64,000 nt of DNA from Centroscyllium fabricii (lineage: Eukaryota), in NCBI GenBank assembly GCA_051313645.2, contig JBNRSN020000194.1, positions 310,001 through 374,000 on the forward strand. The letters run 5' to 3'. Positions 20,501-36,300 of the stretch are shown here, piece by piece (within the stretch, counting starts at the first letter, position 1; each line of letters starts with the position of its first letter). The translations under genes were made by a program, and so were the position numbers. Under the pieces are notes generated by a model. It was not told where the DNA came from and ran no database searches. It was given only the letters and a program-made list of their open reading frames with translations.

Positions 20501-23500
20501 TCCTGACTCAGAATACTTGGATTACCCGCCCCTGACTCAGAATACTCAGGGCACCTGTCACTGTCTGAAAATACTAGGAGTACCCGCCCCTGACTGAGAA
20601 TACTCAGAGCACCTGACCCTGACTGAAAATACTAGGAGCACCCGTCCCTGACTGAGAATACTCCGAGCAACCGCCTCTGACTGAGAATACTAGGAGCACC
20701 CGCCTGTGACTGAGAATACTGAGAGCACCCGCCCCTGACTCAGAATACTCGGAGCTCCCGCCCCTGTCTCAGAAGATTTGGAGCAGCCGCCCCTGACTGA
20801 GAATACTCAGAGCTCCCGCACCTGACTGAGAATACTTGGAGCACACACCCATGACTGAGAATACTCGAAGCACACACCCCTGACTGAGAATACTCGGGGT
20901 ACACGCCCCTGACTGAGAATACTCAGAGCACTCGCCCCTGACTGGGAATACTCGGAGCACCCGTCCCTGACTGAAAATACTCCCAGTACCCAACCCTGAC
21001 TGATAATACTTGGAGCACCCGCCCCTGATTGAGAATACTCGGAGCAACCACCCCTGACTGAGAATACTGAGAGCACCCGCACCTGACTGAGCATACTGAG
21101 AGCACGCGCCCATGACTGAGAATACTGAGAGCACCCGCCCCTGACTGAGAATACTGAGAGCACCCGCCCCTGACTGAGAATACTGTGAGCACCCGCCCCT
21201 GACTGAGAATACTCGGAGTACACGCCCCTGACTGAGAATACTCGGTGCTCCCACTCCTGACTCAGAATACTGAGAGCACCCGCCCCTGACTGATAATACT
21301 CAGAGCACACGCCCCTGACTGAGAATACTGAGAGCACCAGCCCCTGACTGAGAATAATGAGAGCACCCGCCCCTGACTGAGAATACCCGGAGCACCTGCC
21401 CCTGACTGAGAATATTGAGAGCACCTGCCCCTGACTGAGAATACTCGGAGTACCCGCCCCTGACTGAGAAAACTCGGACCACCCGCCCCTGACTGAGAAT
21501 GGTTGGAGCACCCGCCCCTGACAGAGAATACTCAGAGTACCCGCCCCTGACTGAGAATACTCGGATTACCCACCACTGACTGAGAATACTCAGAGCACTC
21601 GCCCCTGACAGAAAATACTCGGAGTACACGCCCCTGACTGAGTATACTCGGAGTACCTGCCCCTGACTGAGAATACTCGGAGCACCCGCCCCTGACTGAG
21701 AATACTCAATGCACACGCCCCTGACTGAGGATACTGAGTGCACCCGCCCCTGACTGAGAATACTCGGAGCACCTGCCCCTGAATGAGTATACTCGGAGTA
21801 CCCGCCCCTGACTGAGAATACTCGGAACACCCGCCCCTGACTGAGAATAGTCAAAGCACCCACCTCTGTCTGAGAATACTGTGAGTACCCGCCTCTGACT
21901 GAGAATACTCGGGGCACCCGCCCCTGACTGAGAATACTCGGAGCATCCGCCCCTGACTGAGAATTCTCAAAGCACCCGCCAGTGACTTAGGATACTGAGA
22001 GCACCCGGCCCTGACTGAGAATACTTGGAGTACCCGCCCCTAACTAAGGATACTAGGAGCACCAGCCCCTGACTGAGAATACTCGGAGCACCCACCCCTG
22101 ACTGAGAATACTCGGAGCACCTGCCACTGACTGAGAATACTGAGAACACCAGCCCCTGACTGAGATTACTCGGAGCACCCGTCCCTGACTGAGAATACTG
22201 AGAGAACACACCCCTGACTGAGAATACTCAGAGCACCCGCCCCTGACTGAGAATACTCAGAACACCACCCCCCTGACTGAGAATACTGAGAGCACCCGCC
22301 CCTAACTGAGAATACTCGGAGCTCCCGCCTCTGACTGAGAATATTTGGAGTACGTGCCCCAGACTGAGAATACTCGGAGCACCCGCCCCTGACTGAGTAT
22401 ATTCAGAGCACCCACACCTGACTGAGAATACTCGGAGTACCCGCCCCTGACTGAGAATTCTCATGGCACCCGTCCCTGACTGAGAATACTAGGACTACCC
22501 GCCCCTGACAGAGAATAATCAGAGCACCAGCCCCTGACTGAGAATACTAGGAGCACCCGTCCCTGACTGAGAATACTCGGAGCACCCGCCTCTGACTGAG
22601 AATATTGGGAGCACCCGCCTCTGACTGAGAATACTGAGAGCACCCGCCACTGACTGAGAATACTCGGAGCTCCCGCCCCTGACTCAGAATACTTGGAGTA
22701 CCCGCCCATGACAGAGAATACTTGGAGCTCCCGCCCCTGTCTGAGAATACTTGGAGCACACACCCCTGACTGAGAATACTCGCAGCACACACCCCTGACT
22801 GCGAATACTTGGGTCACCCGCACATGACTGAGAATATTCGGAGCACCTGCCACTGACTGAGAATACTCGGAGCACCCGGCCCTGACTGAGAATAATCGGA
22901 GCACCAACCCCTGACTGACAATACTTGGAGCACCCGCCCCTGACTGAGAATATTTGGAGTACCCGCCCCTGATTGAGAATATTCGGAGCAACCGCCCCTG
23001 ACTGAGAATACTGAGAGTAACCGCCCCTGACTGAGGATACTGAGAGCACCCGCCCCTGACTGAGAATACTCAGAGTACCCGCCCCTGACTGAGGATACTC
23101 AGAGCAGTCACCCCTGACTGATGATACTGAGATCACTCGCCCCTGACTGAGGATACTTGGAGCACCTGCCTCTGACTGAGAATACTTGGAGCACCCGCCC
23201 CTGACAGAGAATACTCGGAGTACCCGCACCTGACTGAGGATACTAGGAGCACCCGCCCCTGACTGAGAATACTCGGAGCACCCGCCACAGACTGAGAATA
23301 ATCAGAGCACCCGTCCCTGACTGAGAATACTGAGAGCACAAACCCCTGACTGAGAATACTCAGAGCATCCGCCCCTGACTGAGAATACTCAGAGCACGAC
23401 CCCCCTGACTGAGAATATTTGGAGTACCCGCCCCTAACTGAGAATACTCGGAGCACCAGCCCCTGACTGAGAATATTCAGAGCACCCACCCCTGACTGAG

Positions 23501-24110
23501 AATACTCGGAGCACCCGCCCCTGACTGAGAATACTCAGAGCACTCGCCTCTGACTGCGAATACTTGGTGTACCCGCCCCTGACTCAGAATACTTGGATTA
23601 CCCGCCCCTGACTGAGAATACTCAGGGCACCTGTCACTGACTGAAAATACTAGGAGTACCCGCCCCTGACTGAGAATAATCAGAGCACCTGACCCTGACT
23701 GATAATTCTAGGAGCACAGGTCCCTGACTGAGAATACTCCGAGCAACCGCCTCTGACTGAGAATACTAGGAGCACCCGCCTCTGACTGAGAATACTGAGA
23801 GCACCCGCCCCTGACTGAGAATACTCGGAGCTCCCGCCCCTGTCTCAGAATATTTGGAGCACCCGCCCCTGACTGAGAATACTCAGAGCTCCCGCACCTG
23901 ACTGAGAACACTTGGAGCACACACCCATGACTGAGAATACTCGCAGCACACACCCCTGACTGAGTATACTCGGGGTACACGCCACTGACTGAGAATACTC
24001 GGAGCACTCGCCCCAGACTGGGAATACTCGGAGCACCCGTCCCTGACTGAAAATACTCCCAGTACCCAACCCTGACTGATAATACTTGGAGCACCCGCTC
24101 CGACTGAGAA
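14560..24110. repeat. Satellite block ~14560-16830 repeated at ~21840-24110 (offset 7,281)
   Basis: Matching variant patterns at 14686/21967, 15180/22461, 15852/23133 and 16427/23708. Boundaries are approximate. Confidence 0.8.
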
Positions 24111-27100
24111 TACTTGGAGTACACGCCCCTGATTGAGAATACTCAGAGCAACCACCGCTGACTGAGAAACTGAAAGCACCCGCACCTGACTGAGAATAAT
24201 TGGAGCACACACCCATGACTGAGAATACTCGCAGCACACACCCCTTACTGAGAATACTCGGGGCACCCACCCCTGACTGAGAAAACTGGGAGCACTTGCC
24301 CCTGACTGGGAATACTCGGAGCACCCTTCCCTGACTGAGAATACTCCCAGTACCCAACCCTGACTGATAATACTGAGAGCACCCACCCCTGATTGATAAT
24401 ACTTGCAGTAACCGCCCCTGATTGAGAATATTCGGAGCAACAACCCCTGACTGAGAATACTGAGAGCACCCGCCCCTGACTGAGAATACTGAGAGCACCC
24501 GCCCCTGACTGAGAATACTGTGAGCACCCGCCCCTGACTGAGAATACTCGGAGTACACGCCCCTGACTGAGAATACTCGGTGCTCCCGCCCCTGACTCAG
24601 AATACTGAGAGCACCCGCCCCGACTGATAATACTCAGAGCACCCGCCCCTGACTGAGAATACTGAGAGCTCCAGCCCCTGACTGAGAATAATGAGAGCAC
24701 CCGCCCCTGACTGAGAATACCCGGAGCACCTGCCCCTGACTGAGAATATTGAGAGCACCTGCCCCTGACTGAGAATACTCGGAGTACCCGCCCCTGACTG
24801 AGAAAACTCTGACCACCCGCCCCTGACTGAGAATGGTTGGAGCACCTGCCCCTGACAGAGAATACTCAGAGTACCCGCCCCTGACTGAGAATACTCGGAT
24901 TACCCACCACTGATTGAGAATACTCAGAGCACTCGCCCCTTACTGAAAATACTCGGAGTACACGCCCCTGACTGAGTATACTCAGAGTACCTGCCCCTGA
25001 CTGAGAATACTCGGAGCACCCGCCCCTGACTGAGAATACTCAATGCACCCGCCCCTGACTGAGGATACTGAGTGCACCCACCCCTGACTGAGAATACTCG
25101 GAACACCTGCCCCTGAATGAGTATACTCGGAGTACCCGCCCCTGACTGAGAATACTCGGAACACCCGCCCCTGACTGAGAATCGTTGGAGCACCCGCCCC
25201 TGACAGAGAATACTCGGAGTACCCGCCACTGACTGAGAATACTCGGAGTACACACCACTGACTGAGAATAATCAGAGCACTCGCACTGACTGAAAATACT
25301 CGGAGTACACTCCCCTGAGTGAGAATACTCGGATTACCTGCCCCTGACTGAGAATACTCAATGCACCCGCCCCTGAATGAGGATACTGAGAGCACCCGCC
25401 ACTGACTGAGAATACTCGGAGCACCTGCCCCTGAATGAGAATAATCGGAGCACCCGCCCCTGACTGAGAATAGTCAAAGCACCCACCTCTGTCTGAGAAT
25501 ACTGTGAGTACCCGCCTCTGACTGAGAATACTCGGGGCACCCGCCCCTGACTGAGAATACTCAGAGCACCCGCCCCTGACTGAGAATACTCAAAGCACCC
25601 GCCAGTGACTTAGGATACCGAGGGCACTCGCCCCTGACTGAGAATACTTGGAGTACCCGCCCCTAACTAAGGATACTAGGAGCACCAGCCGCTGACTGAG
25701 AATACTCGGAGCACCCACCCCTGACTGAGAATACTCGGAGCACCCGCCACTGACTGAGAATACTGAGAGCACCAGCCCCTGACTGAGATTACTCAGAGCA
25801 CCCGTCCCTGACTGAGAATACTGAGAGAACACACCCCTGACTGAGAATACTCAGAGCACCCGCCCCTGACTGAGAATACTCAGAGCACCACCCCCCTGAC
25901 TGAGAATACTGAGAGCACCCGACCCTGACTGAGAATACTCGGAGCTCCCGCCTCTGACTGAGAATATTTGGAGTACCCGCCCCTGACTGAGAATACTCGG
26001 AGCACCAGCCCCTGACTGAGAATATTCAGAGCACCCACACCTGACTGAGAATACTCAGAGTACCCGCCACTGACTGAGAATACTCATGGCACCCGTCCCT
26101 GACTGAGAATACTGGGACTATCCGCCCCTGACTGAGAATACTCAGAGCACCTGCCACTGACTGAGAATACTAGGAGCACCCGTCCCTGACTGAGAATACT
26201 CGGAGCACCCGCCTATGTCTGAGAATACTAGGAGCACCCGCCTCTGACTGAGAATACTGAGAGCACCCGCCACTGACTGAGAATACTCGGAGCTCCCGCC
26301 CCTGACTCAGAATACTTGGAGTACCCGCCCCTGAAAGAGAATACTCGGAGCTCCCGCCACTGTCTGAGAATACTTGGAGAACAAACCCCTGACTGAGAAT
26401 ACTCGCAGCACACACCCCTGACTGAGAATACTTGGGTCACCCGCCACTGACTGAGAATATTCGGAGCACCTGCCACTGACTGAGAATACTCGGAGCACCC
26501 GTCCCTGACTGAGAATACTCGGAGCTCCCACCCCTGACTGATAATACTTGGAGCACCCGCCCCTGACTGAGAATACTTGGAGTACCCGCCCCTGATTGAG
26601 AATATTCGGAGCACCCGCCCCGGACTGAGAATACTGAGAGTAACCGCCCCTGACTGAGGATACTGAGAGCACCCGCCCCTGACTGAGAATACTCAGAGTA
26701 CCCGCCCCTGACTGAGGATACTCAGAGCAGTCACCCCTGACTGATGATACTGAGATCACTCGCCCCTGACTGAGGATACTTGGAGCACCTGCCTCTAACT
26801 GAGAATACTTGGAGCACCCGCCCCTGACAGAGAATACTCGGAGTACCGGCACCTGACTGAGGATACTAGGAGCACCCGCCCCTGACTGAGAATACTCGGA
26901 GCACCCGCCACTGACTGAGAATAATCAGAGCACCCGCCCCTGACTGAGATTAATCAGAGCACCCGTCCCTGACTGAGTATAATGAGAGCACACACCCCTG
27001 ACTGAGAATACTCAGAGCACCCGCCACTGACTGAGAATACTCAGAGCACCACCCCCCTGACTGAGAATATTTGGAGTACCCGCCCCTAACTGCGAATACT

Positions 27101-30100
27101 CGGAGCACCAGCCCCTGACTGAGAATATTCAGAGCACCCACCCCTGACTGAGAATATTCGGAGCACCCGTCCCTGACTGAGAATACTCAGAGCACTCGCC
27201 ACTGACTGCGAATACTTGGTGTACCCGCCCCTGACTCAGAATACTTGGATTACCCGCCCCTGACTGAGAATACTCAGGGCACCTGTCACTGACTGAAAAT
27301 ACTAGGAGTACCCGCCCCTGACTGAGAATACTCAGAGCACCTGACCCTGACTGCGAATACTAGGAGCACCCATCCCTGACTGAGAATACTCCGAGCACCC
27401 GCCTCTGACTGAGAATACTAGCAGCACCCGCCTCTAACTGAGAATACTGAGAGCACCCGCCCCTGACTGAGAATACTCGGAGCTCCTGCACCTGTCTCAG
27501 AAGATTTGGAGCACCCACCCCTGACTGAGAATACTCAGAGCTCCCGCACCTGACTGAGAATACTTGGAACACACACCCATGACTGAGAATACTCGCAGCA
27601 CACACCCCTGACTGAGAATACTCGGGATACACGCACCTGACTGAGAATAGTCGGAGCACTCGCCCCTGACTGGGAATACTCGGAGCACCCGTCCCTGACT
27701 GAAAATACTCCCAGTACCCAACCCTCACTGATAATACTTGGAGCACCCGCCCCGGACTGAGAATACTTGGAGTACCCGCCCCTGATTGAGAATACTCGGA
27801 GCAACCACCGCTGACTGAGAATACTGAGAGCACCCGCACCTGACTGAGAATAATTGGAGCACACACCCATGACTGAGAATACTCGCAGCACAGACCCCTG
27901 ACTGGGAATACTCGGAGCACCTGTCCCTGACTGAGAATACTCCCAGTACCCAACCCTGACTGATAATACTTGGAGCACCCGCCCCTGACTGAGAATACTT
28001 GGAGTACCCGCACCTGATTGAGAATACTCGGAGCAACCACCCCTGACTGAGAATACTGAGAGCACCCGCACATAACTGAGCATACTGAGAGCACGCGCCC
28101 ATGACTGAGAATACTGAGAGCACCCGCCTCTGACTGAGAATACTGAGAGCACCCGCCCCGGATTGAGAATACTGTGAGCACCCGCCCCTGACTGAGAATA
28201 CTCGGAGTTCACGCCCTTGACTGAGAATACTCGGTGCTCCCGCCCCTGACTCAGAATACTGAGAGCACCCACACCTGACTGATAATACTCGGAGCACCCG
28301 CCCCTGACTGAGAATACTGAGAGCACCAGCCCCTGACTGAGAATAATGAGAGCACCCGCCCCTGACTGTGAATACACGGAGCACCCGCCCCTGACTGAGA
28401 ATAGTGAGAGCACACGCCCCTGACTGAGAATACTCGGAGTACCCGCCCCTGACTGAGAATACTCGGACTACCCGCCCCTGACTGAGAATGGTTGGAGCAC
28501 CCGCCCGTGACAGAGAATACTCGGAGTACCCGTCCCTGACTGAGAATACTCGGAGTACCCACCACTGACTGAGAATACTCAGAGCACTCGCCCCTGACTG
28601 AAAATACTCGGAGTACACGCCCCTGACTGAGAATATTCGGAGTACCTGCCCCTGACTGAGAATACTCGGAGCACCCGCCCCTGACTGATACTACTCGGAG
28701 CACCCGCCCCTGACTCAGAATGCCTTTGGCACCCGGCGTGACTGAGAATACTCGGAGCTCCCACCCCTGACTGATTATAATCAGAGCACCCGCCCCTGAC
28801 TGAGAATACTCGGAGCACCTGCACCTGACTGATTATACTCGGAGCACCCGCCCCTGACTGAGAATACTCGGAGCACACACCCCTGACTGAGAGTATTTGG
28901 AGCACCCGCCTCTGACTGAGAATATTTGGAGCACTCGCCCCTGACTGAGAATACTGAGAGCACCCGCCCCTGACTGAGGATACTCAGAGCACCCACCCCT
29001 GACTGAGAATACTCAGAGTACCCGCCCCTGACTGAGGATACTCAGAGCAGTCACCCCTGCCTGATGATACTGAGATCACTCGCCCCTGACTGAGGATACT
29101 TGGAGCACCTGCCTCTGACTGAGAATACTTGGAGCACCCGCCCCTGACAGAGAATACTCGGAGTACCCGCACCTGACTGAGGATACTAGGAGCACCCGCC
29201 CCGACTGAGAATACTCGGAGCACCCGCCACTGACTGAGAATTATCAGAGCACCCGCCCCTGACTGAGATTACTCGGAGTTCCCGTCCCTGACTGAGAATA
29301 ATGAGAGCACACACCACTGACTGAGAATACTCAGAGCACCCGCCCCTGACTGAGAATACTCAGAGCACCACCCCCCTGACTGAGAATATTTGGAGTACCC
29401 GCCCCTAACTGAGAATACTCGGAGCACCAGCCCCTAACTGAGAATATTCAGAGCACCCACCCCTGACTGAGAATATTCAGAGCACCCGCCCCTGACTGAG
29501 AATACTCAGAGCACTCGCCCCTGACTGCGAATACTTGGTGTACCTGCCCCTGACTCAGAATACTTGGATTACCCGCCCCTGACTGAGAATACTCAGGGCA
29601 CCTGTCACTGACTGAAAATACTAGGTGTACCCGCCCCTGACTGAGAATACTCAGAGCACCTGACCCTGACTGAGAATACTAGTAGCACCCATCCCTGACT
29701 GAGAATACTCCGAGCACCCGCCTCTGACTGAGAATACTAGGAGCACCTGCCTCTGACTGAGAATACTGAGAGCACCCGCCCCTGACTGAGAATACTCGGA
29801 GCTCCTGCCCCTGTCTCAGAAGATTTGGAGCACCCACCCCTGACTGAGAATACTCAGAGCTCCCGCACCTGACTGAGAATACTTGGAGCACACACCCATG
29901 ACTGAGAATACTCGCAGCACACACCCCTGACTGAGAATACTCGGGGTACACGCACCTGACTGAGAATAGTCGGAGCACTCGCCCCTGACTGGGAATAATC
30001 GGAGCACCCGTCCCTGACTGAAAATTCTCCCAGTACCCAACCCTCACTGATAATACATGGAGCACCCGCCCCTGACTGAGAATACTTGGAGTACCCGCCC

Positions 30101-30365
30101 CTGATTGAGAATACTCGGAGCAACCACCGCTGACTGAGAATACTGAGAGCACCCGCACCTGACTGAGAATAATTGGAGCACACACACATGACTGAGAATA
30201 CTCGCAGCACACACCCCTGACTGGGAATACTCGGAGCACCCGTCCCTGCCTGAGAATACTCCCAGTATCCAACCCAGACTGATAATACTTGAAGCACCCG
30301 CCCCTGACTGAGAATACTTGGAGTACCCGCCGCTGATTGAGAATACTCGGAGCAACCACCCCTGA

Positions 30366-33300
30366 CTGAGAATACTGAGAGCACCCGCACCTGACTGAGC
30401 ATACTGAGAGCACGCTCCCATGACTGAGAATACTGAGAGCACCCGCCCCTGACTGAGAATACTGAGAGCACCAGCCCCGGACTGAGAATACTGTGAGCAC
30501 CCGCCCCTGACTGAGAATACTCGGAGTACACGCCCCTGACTGAGAATACTCGGTGCTCCCGCCCCTGACTCAGAATACTGAGAGCACCCTCACCTGACTG
30601 ATAATACTCGGAGCACCCGCCCCTGACTGAGAATACTGAGAGCACCAGCAACTGACTGAGAATAATGAGAGCACCCGCCCCTGACTGTGAATAACCGGAG
30701 CACCCGCCCCTGACTGAGAATAGTGAGAGCTCCCGCCCCTGACTGAGAATACTCGGAGTACCCGCCCCTGACTGAGAATACTCGGACTACCCGCCCCTGA
30801 CTGAGAATGGTTGGAGCACCCGCCCGTGACAGAGAATACTCGGAGTATCCGCCCCTGACTGAGAATACTCGGAGTACCCACCACTGACTGAGAATACTCA
30901 GAGCACTCGCCCCTGACTGAGAATACTCGGAGCACCCAACCCTGACTGATAATACTTGGAGCACGCGCCCCTGACTGAGAATACTTGGAGTACCCGACCC
31001 TGATTGAGAATATTCGGAGCACCCGCCCCTGACTGAGAATACTGAGAGTACCTGCCCCTGAATGAGGATACTGAGAGCACCCGCCCCTGATTGAGAATAC
31101 TCGGGTCACCCGCCCCTGACTGAGAATACTCGGAGTACCCACCACTGACTGAGAATACTCAGAGCACTCGCCCATGACTGAAAATACTCGGAGCACACGC
31201 CCCTGACTGAGAATACTCGGAGTACCTGCCCCTGACTGAGAATACTCGGAGCACCCGCCACTGACTGATACAACTCGGAGCACCCGCCCCTGACTCAGAA
31301 TGCCTTTGGCACCCGGCGTGACTGAGAATACTCGGAGCTCCCACCCCTTATTGATTATACTCAGAGCACTCGCCCCTGACTGAGAATACTCGGAGCACCT
31401 GCACCTGACTGATTATACTCAGAGCACCCGCCCCTGACTGAGAATACTCGGAGCACACACCCCTGACTGAGAGTATTTGGAGCAACCGCCTCTGACTGAG
31501 AATATTTGGAGCACTCGCCCCTGACTGAGAATACTGAGAGCACCCGCCCCTGACTGAGGATACTCAGAGCACCCACCCTTGACTGAGAATACTGAGAGCA
31601 CCCGCACCTGACTGAGCATACTGAGAGCACGCGCCACAGACTGAGAATACTTAGAGCAACTGCCCCTGACTGAGAATATTGAGATCACCCGCTCCTGACT
31701 GAGAATACTCGGAGCACACGCCTCTGACTGAGAATACTCGGAGCTCCCGCCCCTGACTCAGAATACTGAGAGCACCCGCCCCTGACTGAGAATACTCGGA
31801 GCACCCGCCCCTGACTGAGAATACTGAGAGCACCAGTCCCTGACTGAGAATACTGAGAGCACCTGCCCCTGACTGAGAATACCCGGAGTACCCGCCCCTG
31901 ACTGAGAATAGTAAGAGCACCCGCCCCTGACTGAGAATACTCGGAGTACCCGCCCCTGACTGAGAATACTCGGAGCACCCGCCCCTGACTGAGAATACTT
32001 GGAGCACCCGCCCCTGACTTAGAATAATCGGAGCACCCGCCTCTGACTGAGAATACTCGGAGCACCTGCCCCTGACTGATACTACTTGGAGCACCCGCCT
32101 CGACTCAGAATGCCTTTGGCACCCGGCGTGACTGAGAATACTCGGAGCTCCCACCCCTGACTGAGTATACTCAGAGCACCCGCCCCTGACTGAGAAAACT
32201 CGGAGCTCCCGCCCCTGACTGAGTATACTCGGAGCACCCGCCCCTGACTGAGAATACTCGGAGCACCCGCACCTGATTGAGAATAATCGGAGCACTCGCC
32301 CCTGACTGAGAATACTGAGAGCACACGCCCCTGACTGAGGATACTCAGAGCACCCACCCCTGACTGAGAATACTGAGAGCACCCGCAACTGACTGAGCAT
32401 ACTGAGAGAAGGCGCCCCTGACTGAGAATACTTAGAGAACCTGCCCCTGACTGAGAATATTGAGAGCACCCGCTCCTGACTGAGAATACTGTGAGCCCCC
32501 GCCCCTGACTGAGAATACTCGGAGCACATGCCCCTGACTGAGAATACTCGGAGCTCCCGCCCCTGACTCAGAATACTGAGAGCACCAGCTTCAGACTGAG
32601 AATACTCGGAGCACCCGCCCCCGACTGAGAATACTGAGAGCACCAGCCCCTGAATGAGAATAATGAGAGCACCCGCCCCTGACTGAGAATGCCCGGAGCA
32701 CCCGCCCCTGACTGAGAAGAGTGAGAGCACCCGCCCCTGACTGAGAATACTCGGAGTACCTGCCCCGACTGAGAATACTCGGAGCACCCGCCCTGACTGA
32801 GAATACTCAATGCACCCGCACCTGACTGAGAATACTCGGGTCACCCGCCCCTGACTGAGAATACTCGGAGCACCCGCCCCTGACTGAGAATACTCGGAGC
32901 ACCCTTCCCTGACTGAGAAACTCGGAGCACCCAACCCTGACTGATAATACTTGGAGCACCCGCCCCTGACTGAGAATACTTGGAGTACCCGCCCCTGATT
33001 GAGAATATTCGGAGCACCCGCCCCTGACTGAGAATACTGAGAGTACCTGCCCCTGACTGAGAATACTCAGAGTACCGGCCCATGACTGATGATACTGAGA
33101 GCACTCGCCCCTGACTGAGGATACTTGGAGCACCTGCCTCTGACTGAGAATACTTGGAGCACCCGCCCCTGACTGAGAATACTCGGAGTACCCTCACCTG
33201 ACTGATGATACTGAGAGCACCCGACCCCGACTGAGGATACTCAGGGCACTCGCCACTGACAGAGAAAACTCAGAGTACCCGCCCCTGACTGAGGAGACTC

Positions 33301-36300
33301 AGAGCACTTGCCCTTGACTGAGAATACTGTGAGTACCCGCCCCTGACTGAGAATACTGAGAGCATCCACCCCTGAATGAGGATACTCAGAGCACCCGCCC
33401 CTGACTGAGAATACTCGGAGTACCCGTCCCTGACTGAGGATACTCAGAGTACCCGCCCCTGACTGAGGATACTCAGAGCACCCGACCCTGACTGAGAATA
33501 CTCGGAGCAACAGCCTCTGACTGAGAATAATCAGGGCACCTGCCCCTGAATGAGAATACTCAGACCACTCACCCCGACTGAGAATACTCAGAGCATCCGC
33601 CCCTGACTGAGTATACTGAGAGCACCCGCCCCTGACTGAGAATACTCGGAGCACCCGCCCCTGACTGAGAACACTCGGAGCACCCGCCACTGACTTAGAA
33701 TAATCGGAACACCCGCCTCTGACTGAGAATACTAGGAGCACCCGCCTCTGACTGAGAATACTGAGAGCACCCGCCACTGACTGAGAATACTCGGAGCTCC
33801 CGCCCCAGACTCAGAATACTTGGAGAACCCACCCCTGACAGAGAATACTCGGAGCTCCCGCCCCTGTCTGAGAATACTTGGAGCACACACCCCTGACTGA
33901 GAATACTCGCAGCACACACCCCTGACTAAGAATACTCGGGTCACCCGCCCCTGACTGAGAATATTCGGAGCATCTGCCCCTGACTGAGAATACTCGGAGC
34001 ACCCGTCCCTGACTGAGAATACTCGGAGCACCCACCCCTGACTGATAATACTTGGAGTACCCGCCCCTGATTGAGAATATTCGGAGCACCCGCCCCTGAC
34101 TGAGAATACTGAGATTACCCGCCCCTGACTGAGTATATTGAGAGCACCCGCCCCTGACTGAGAATACTCAGAGTATCCGCCCCTGACTGAGGATACTCAG
34201 AGCAGTCACCCCAGACTGATGATACTGTGAGCACTCGCCCCTGACTGAGGATACTTGGAGCACCTGCCTCTGACTGAGAATACTTGGAGCACCCGCTCCT
34301 GACAGAGAATACTCGGAGTACCCGCACCTGACTGAGGATGCTGAACGCACACGCCCCTGACTGAGGATACTCAGGGCACTCGCCCCTTTCAGAGAAAACT
34401 CAGAGTACCCGCCCCTGACTGAGGAGACTCAGAGCACCCACCCCTGACTGAGAATACTCCGAGTACCCGTCCCTGACTGAGGATAATCAGGGCACTCGCC
34501 CCTGACAGAGAAAACGCAGAGTACCCGCCCCTGACTGAGGAGACTCAGAGCACTTGCCCTTGATTGAGAATAGTGAGAGCACCCGCCCCTGACTGAGAAC
34601 ACTCGGAGTACCCGTCCCTGACTGAGGATGCTCAGGGCACTCACCCCTGACAGAGAAAACGCAGAGTACCCGCCCCTGACTGAGGAGACTCAGAGCACTT
34701 GCCCTTGACTGAGAATACTGAGAGCACCCGCCGCTGACTGAGAATACTCGGAGTACCCGTCCCTGACTGAGGATACTCAGAGTACCCGTCCCTGACTGAT
34801 GATACTCGGAGCACCAGCCTCTGACTGAGAATAATCGGGGCACCCGCCCCTGAATGAGAATACTCAGACCACTCACCCCTGACTGAGAATACTCAGAGCA
34901 CCCGCCCCTGACTGAGTATACTGAGAGCACACGCCCCTGACTGAGGATACTCAGAGCACCCGCCCCTGACTGAGAATACTCGGAGCACCAGCCTCTGACT
35001 GAGAATAATTGGGGCACCCGCCCCTGAATGAGAATACTCAGACCACTCACCCCTGACTGAGAATACTCAGAGCACCCGCCCCTGACTCAGTATACTGAGA
35101 GCACACGCCCCTGACTGAGAATACTCGGAGCACCCGCCCCTGACTGAGAATACTCAGAGCACCCGCCTCTGACTTAGAATAATCGGAGCACCCGCCCCTG
35201 ACTGAGAATACTCGGAGCACCCTCCCCTGACTGAGTATACTGAGAGCACCCGCCACTGACTGAGAATACTCGGAACTCCCGCCCCTGACTGAGTATAATC
35301 GGAGCACCCGCCCCTGACTGAGAATACTTGGAGCACCCGCCCCTGACTGAGAATATTCGAAGCACTCGCCCCTGACTGAGAATACTGAGAGCACCCGCCC
35401 CTGACTGAGAATAATCGGGGCACCCGCCCCTGAATGAGAATACTCAGACCACTCACCCCGACTGAGAATACTCAGAGCACCCGCCCCTGACTGAGTATAC
35501 TGAGAGCACCCGCCCCTGACTGAGAATACTCGGAGCACCCGCCCCTGACTGAGAATACTCGGAGCACCCGCCACTGACTTAGAATAATCGGAGCACCCGC
35601 CTCTGATTGAGAATACTAGGAGCACCCGCCTCTGACTGAGAATACTGAGAGCACCCGCCACTGACTGAGAATAATCGGAGCTCCCGCCCCTGACTCAGAA
35701 TACTTGGAGTACCCGCCCCTGACAGAGAATTCTCGGAGCTCCCGACCCTGTCTGAGAATACTGAGAGCACCCGCACCTGACTGAGCATACTGAGAGCACG
35801 CTCCCATGACTGAGAATACTGAGAGCACCCGCCCCTGACTGAGAATACTGAGAGCACCAGCCCCGGACTGAGAATACTGTGAGCACCCGCCCCTGACTGA
35901 GAATACTCGGAGTACACGCCCCTGACTGAGAATACTCGGTGCTCCCGCCCCTGACTCAGAATACTGAGAGCACCCTCACCTGACTGATAATACTCGGAGC
36001 ACCCGCCCCTGACTGAGAATACTGAGAGCACCAGCAACTGACTGAGAATAATGAGAGCACCCGCCCCTGACTGTGAATAACCGGAGCCCCCGCCCCTGAC
36101 TGAGAATAGTGAGAGCACCCGCCCCTGACTGAGAATACTCGGAGTACCCGCCCCTGACTGAGAATACTCGGACTACCCGCCCCTGACTGAGAATGGTTGG
36201 AGCACCCGCCCGTGACAGAGAATACTCGGAGTACCCGCCCCTGACTGAGAATACTCGGAGTACCCACCACTGACTGAGAATACTCAGAGCACTCGCCCCT